The position numbers and the translations under genes are program-made. Shown here in pieces: positions 60,901 through 64,000 of a DNA stretch of 64,000 nucleotides; position 1 is the first letter of the stretch; each line of letters starts with the position of its first letter. Source of the DNA: Balanoglossus misakiensis (taxonomy: Eukaryota > Animalia > Hemichordata); contig CM082584.2 of the NCBI GenBank assembly GCA_040954595.2, forward strand, positions 2,139,344 through 2,203,343. Direction: 5' to 3'. The notes under the pieces were generated by a model. The model was not told the DNA's origin and made no database searches. It was given only the letters and a program-made list of their open reading frames with translations.

Positions 60901-63900
60901 ATGTTTCTACTCATTAATTATGTGCATATCTAATAATCTGATCAGATAATAGAGCTTGGGCCCGGACAATGCTGCTTGCAGCTTTAATTAGGGCCCAAGC
61001 CCAGCAGGCTTGGGCCCTATTGGTATTACTGGGGTTTTTCTTCTACTTCTTCTTCTTCTTCTTCTTCTTGTGTCGTTTTTTTGTCCAGCTAGATCGTGAA
61101 AACGGCTGAACCTACAAATCTCACATTTGGCACAATGGTGCAGGCCTATGAGAGCTCGTGCAGTACCCTTGTGAATGTGTAATTAGTCATGTGACCTGAT
61201 GACCATATATGGGCAAAATTTCCAAATCGGCCTTATTTGCATATGAATGGAGATATCAAAATTCTTTTAGCAACTTTTGCGGACCATGTGGTCAGTGTCC
61301 TACTTGCCAAATGTCAAGGCCATTGGCCATGCCAATTTTGAGAAGAAGATTTTTAAGTATTATTTTTCATATTTTTTGACCAAGCCATGGGCCTATACTT
61401 TCCATAGTAAAGCTATGACCACATATTATTTTGGATAAATATGCATACATATCTCAAAATCTGTCAGGCCAATCATCTCCAACTTTGGTGTGCAGCTAGA
61501 CTAGCATTTGTCAATAATTTTAAGCGAAAAAAAATAATATGAAAAATCGACGGATTTTTTTATATTAATTTTTTAAATAAATTTATACCTTTACTTATAC
61601 CTCTATGTCCATGTCTTATTGTGGAATTCTGGTCAGTGCAATAGTCCTGTACAGTGAGTGTCTATTGGTCAGTGAGCACAATGGCACCAAAATAAAAGGC
61701 AGAATTTTAGGCTCACCTGTAACACCTGCTTAACTCATTAATTATGTGCATACCTAATTCTGGGCTAACTAAGAGGGCTAGAGGTTTCGTTCTTGTGGGA
61801 CATGGACCAGTATAGGGTCAAAATTTCTTGTCCAAATTTGGGGTGACCTCAGGTGACCTTTGACCTACTTTCCTATATCTCGGCATCCAGAGCAGGTACA
61901 GACTTGGCGTTTGGAGGGTTGGGACTAAAGTTGAAAAGCCAAAATAGGGGTCACCTGTGACACCTGCATATCTCATTAATTATGTGCATACCTAATTCCA
62001 GGCTAACCAATAGGGCTATAGGTTTGGTTTTTGTTGAACGTGGACCAGTATAGGGTCAAAATTTATTGCCCAAATTTTGCATGACCTCAGGTGACCTTTG
62101 ACCTACTTTACCATATCTTGGCATCCAGAGCAGATACAGAATTGGCGTTTGGATGGTTGGGACTAAAATTGAAAAGCCAAATTGGGGGGTCACCTGTGAC
62201 ACCTGCCTACCTCATTAATTATGTGCATACCTAATTCCAGGCTAACCAATAGGGCTATAGGTTTGGTTTTTGATGAACATGGACCAGTATAGGGTCAAAA
62301 TTTCTCGCCCAAATTTTGCATGACCTCAGGTGACCTTTGACCTACTTTTCCATATCTTGGCATCCAGAGCAGATATGCTTATTGCTATGTTGCTATGTGC
62401 TATGTTGGCTTGGGCCCGCCATTGCTGCTTGCAGCTATATTTAGGGCCCAAGCCCAGCAGGCTTGGGCCCTATTGGTATTACTGGGATTTTTCTTCTACT
62501 TCTTCTTCTTCTTCTTCTTGTGTCGTTTTTTTGTCTAGCTAGATCTGGAGAACGGCTGAACCTACCAATTTCAAACTTAGCACAATGGTGCAGGCCAATG
62601 AGAGCTGGTGCAGTACCCTCGTGAATGTTTAATTAGTCACGTGACCTGATGACCATATATGGGCAAAATTTTCAAATCGCCCTAATTTGCATATGAATTG
62701 AGATATCAAAATTCTGTTCAGATACTTTGTGGACCATATGGCCAGGGTTCTACATGCCAAATGTCAAGGCCATAGGCCATGTCAATTTTGAGGAGAAGAT
62801 TTTTAAGTATTATTTTCCATATTTTTCGCCCAAGCCATCGGCCTATACTTTACATAGTAAAGCTATGACCACATATTATGTTGGATAAATATGCATACAT
62901 ATCTCAAAATCTGTTAGGCTGATCATCTCAAACTTTGGTGTGCAGCTAGCCTAGCATTTGTCAATCATTTTAAGCGAAAAAAAATAATATGAAAAATCGA
63001 CCGATTTTTTTATATTAATTTTTTTAATTAAATTTATACCTTTTTACTTATACCTCTATAGTTAAGCTATGAACACTAAACGTCTTAGTGTGGAATTCTG
63101 GTCTGTGCAACGGTCCTGTACAGTGACTGTGTATTGGGCAGTGAGCATAATGGGACCAAAATAACAGGCAAAATTTTGGGCTCACCTGTAACACCTGCTT
63201 AACTCATTAATTATGTGCATACCTAATTCTGGGCTAACTAAGAGGGCTAGAGGTTTCGTTCTTGTTGGATATGGACCAGTATAGGGTCAATATTTCTTGC
63301 CAAAATGTTGCATGACCTCAGGTGACCTTTGACCTACTTTCCTATATCTCGGCATCCAGAGCAGGTATAGATTTGGCATTTGGAGGGTTGGGACTAAAAT
63401 TGAAAAGCCAAAATTGGGGATCACCTGTGACACCTGCCTACCTCATTAATTATGTGCATACCTAATTCCAGGCTAACCAATAGGGCTAGAGGTTTGATTT
63501 ATGCTGAACATGGACCAGTATGGGGTCAAAATTTTTTGCCCAAATTTTGGGTGACCTCAGGTGACCTTTGACCTACTTTACCATATGTCGGCATCCACAG
63601 CAGATACAGCCTTGGCATTTGGACGGATGGAACTCCTGATGGAGCCTTACAATTTATCTCATTAATTATGCACATACCTAATTGTAGGCGAACCAATAGA
63701 GCTAGAGATTTTGTTCTTGTGGTACACGGACCAGTATGGGGTCAAAATTTCTTGCCCAAATTTTGGGTGACCGCTTATGACCTTTGACCTTCGGCTTAAG
63801 CTTGGGCCCGTCATCGCTGCTTGCAGCTATATTTATTATTATTATTATTCTTCTTCTTCTTCCGAGAAATTCGGCAAGGTAGATCTGGAAAACCGCAGCA

Positions 63901-64000
63901 CCTAGGGGGCTGAAACTTGGTAGGGTGATAGGGGCCAATGAGTAGACGTGCAGTGGCCCGTGAATATTTAATTAGTCATGTGACCTGGCCGCCATATTGG
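57975..64000 (+). mobile_element. Nested array 3 of HINE-like elements; open at window end
   Basis: Heads at 57977 (gcac), 58047, 58099, 60990 and 62443; tails at 59575, 60987, 62439 and 63831; outer gcac-type body resumes at ~63832. Confidence 0.8.

Overview
Repeat-rich animal genomic DNA, probably from an invertebrate (inference only). The backbone is one intron-rich minus-strand gene, with exons traced from 45623 down to 9933 and continuing outside the window. It encodes ankyrin repeats, then a Roc GTPase (P-loop GYGGNGKT, WDFAGQ, GSKAD), then the start of a COR domain: a ROCO/DAPK1-like architecture with no kinase seen. Its ANK region is built from 16 single-repeat phase-0 exons; 14 are near-identical copies with an invariant scaffold and variable surface residues. 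This allele has two in-frame stops. Its introns hold an intact BEL/Pao LTR retrotransposon and a full-length but decayed LINE whose ORF1 carries a 2A-like DIELNPGP motif. Three blocks (1-8050, 23553-30497, 57975-64000) that look like satellite parse as bracket-balanced, same-orientation nests of Helentron/HINE-like non-autonomous elements. Two further truncated LINEs, several MITEs and foldback elements are present. Most short ORFs in the supplied track are repeat-derived noise. All calls are from reading by eye; no alignment or database search was run.
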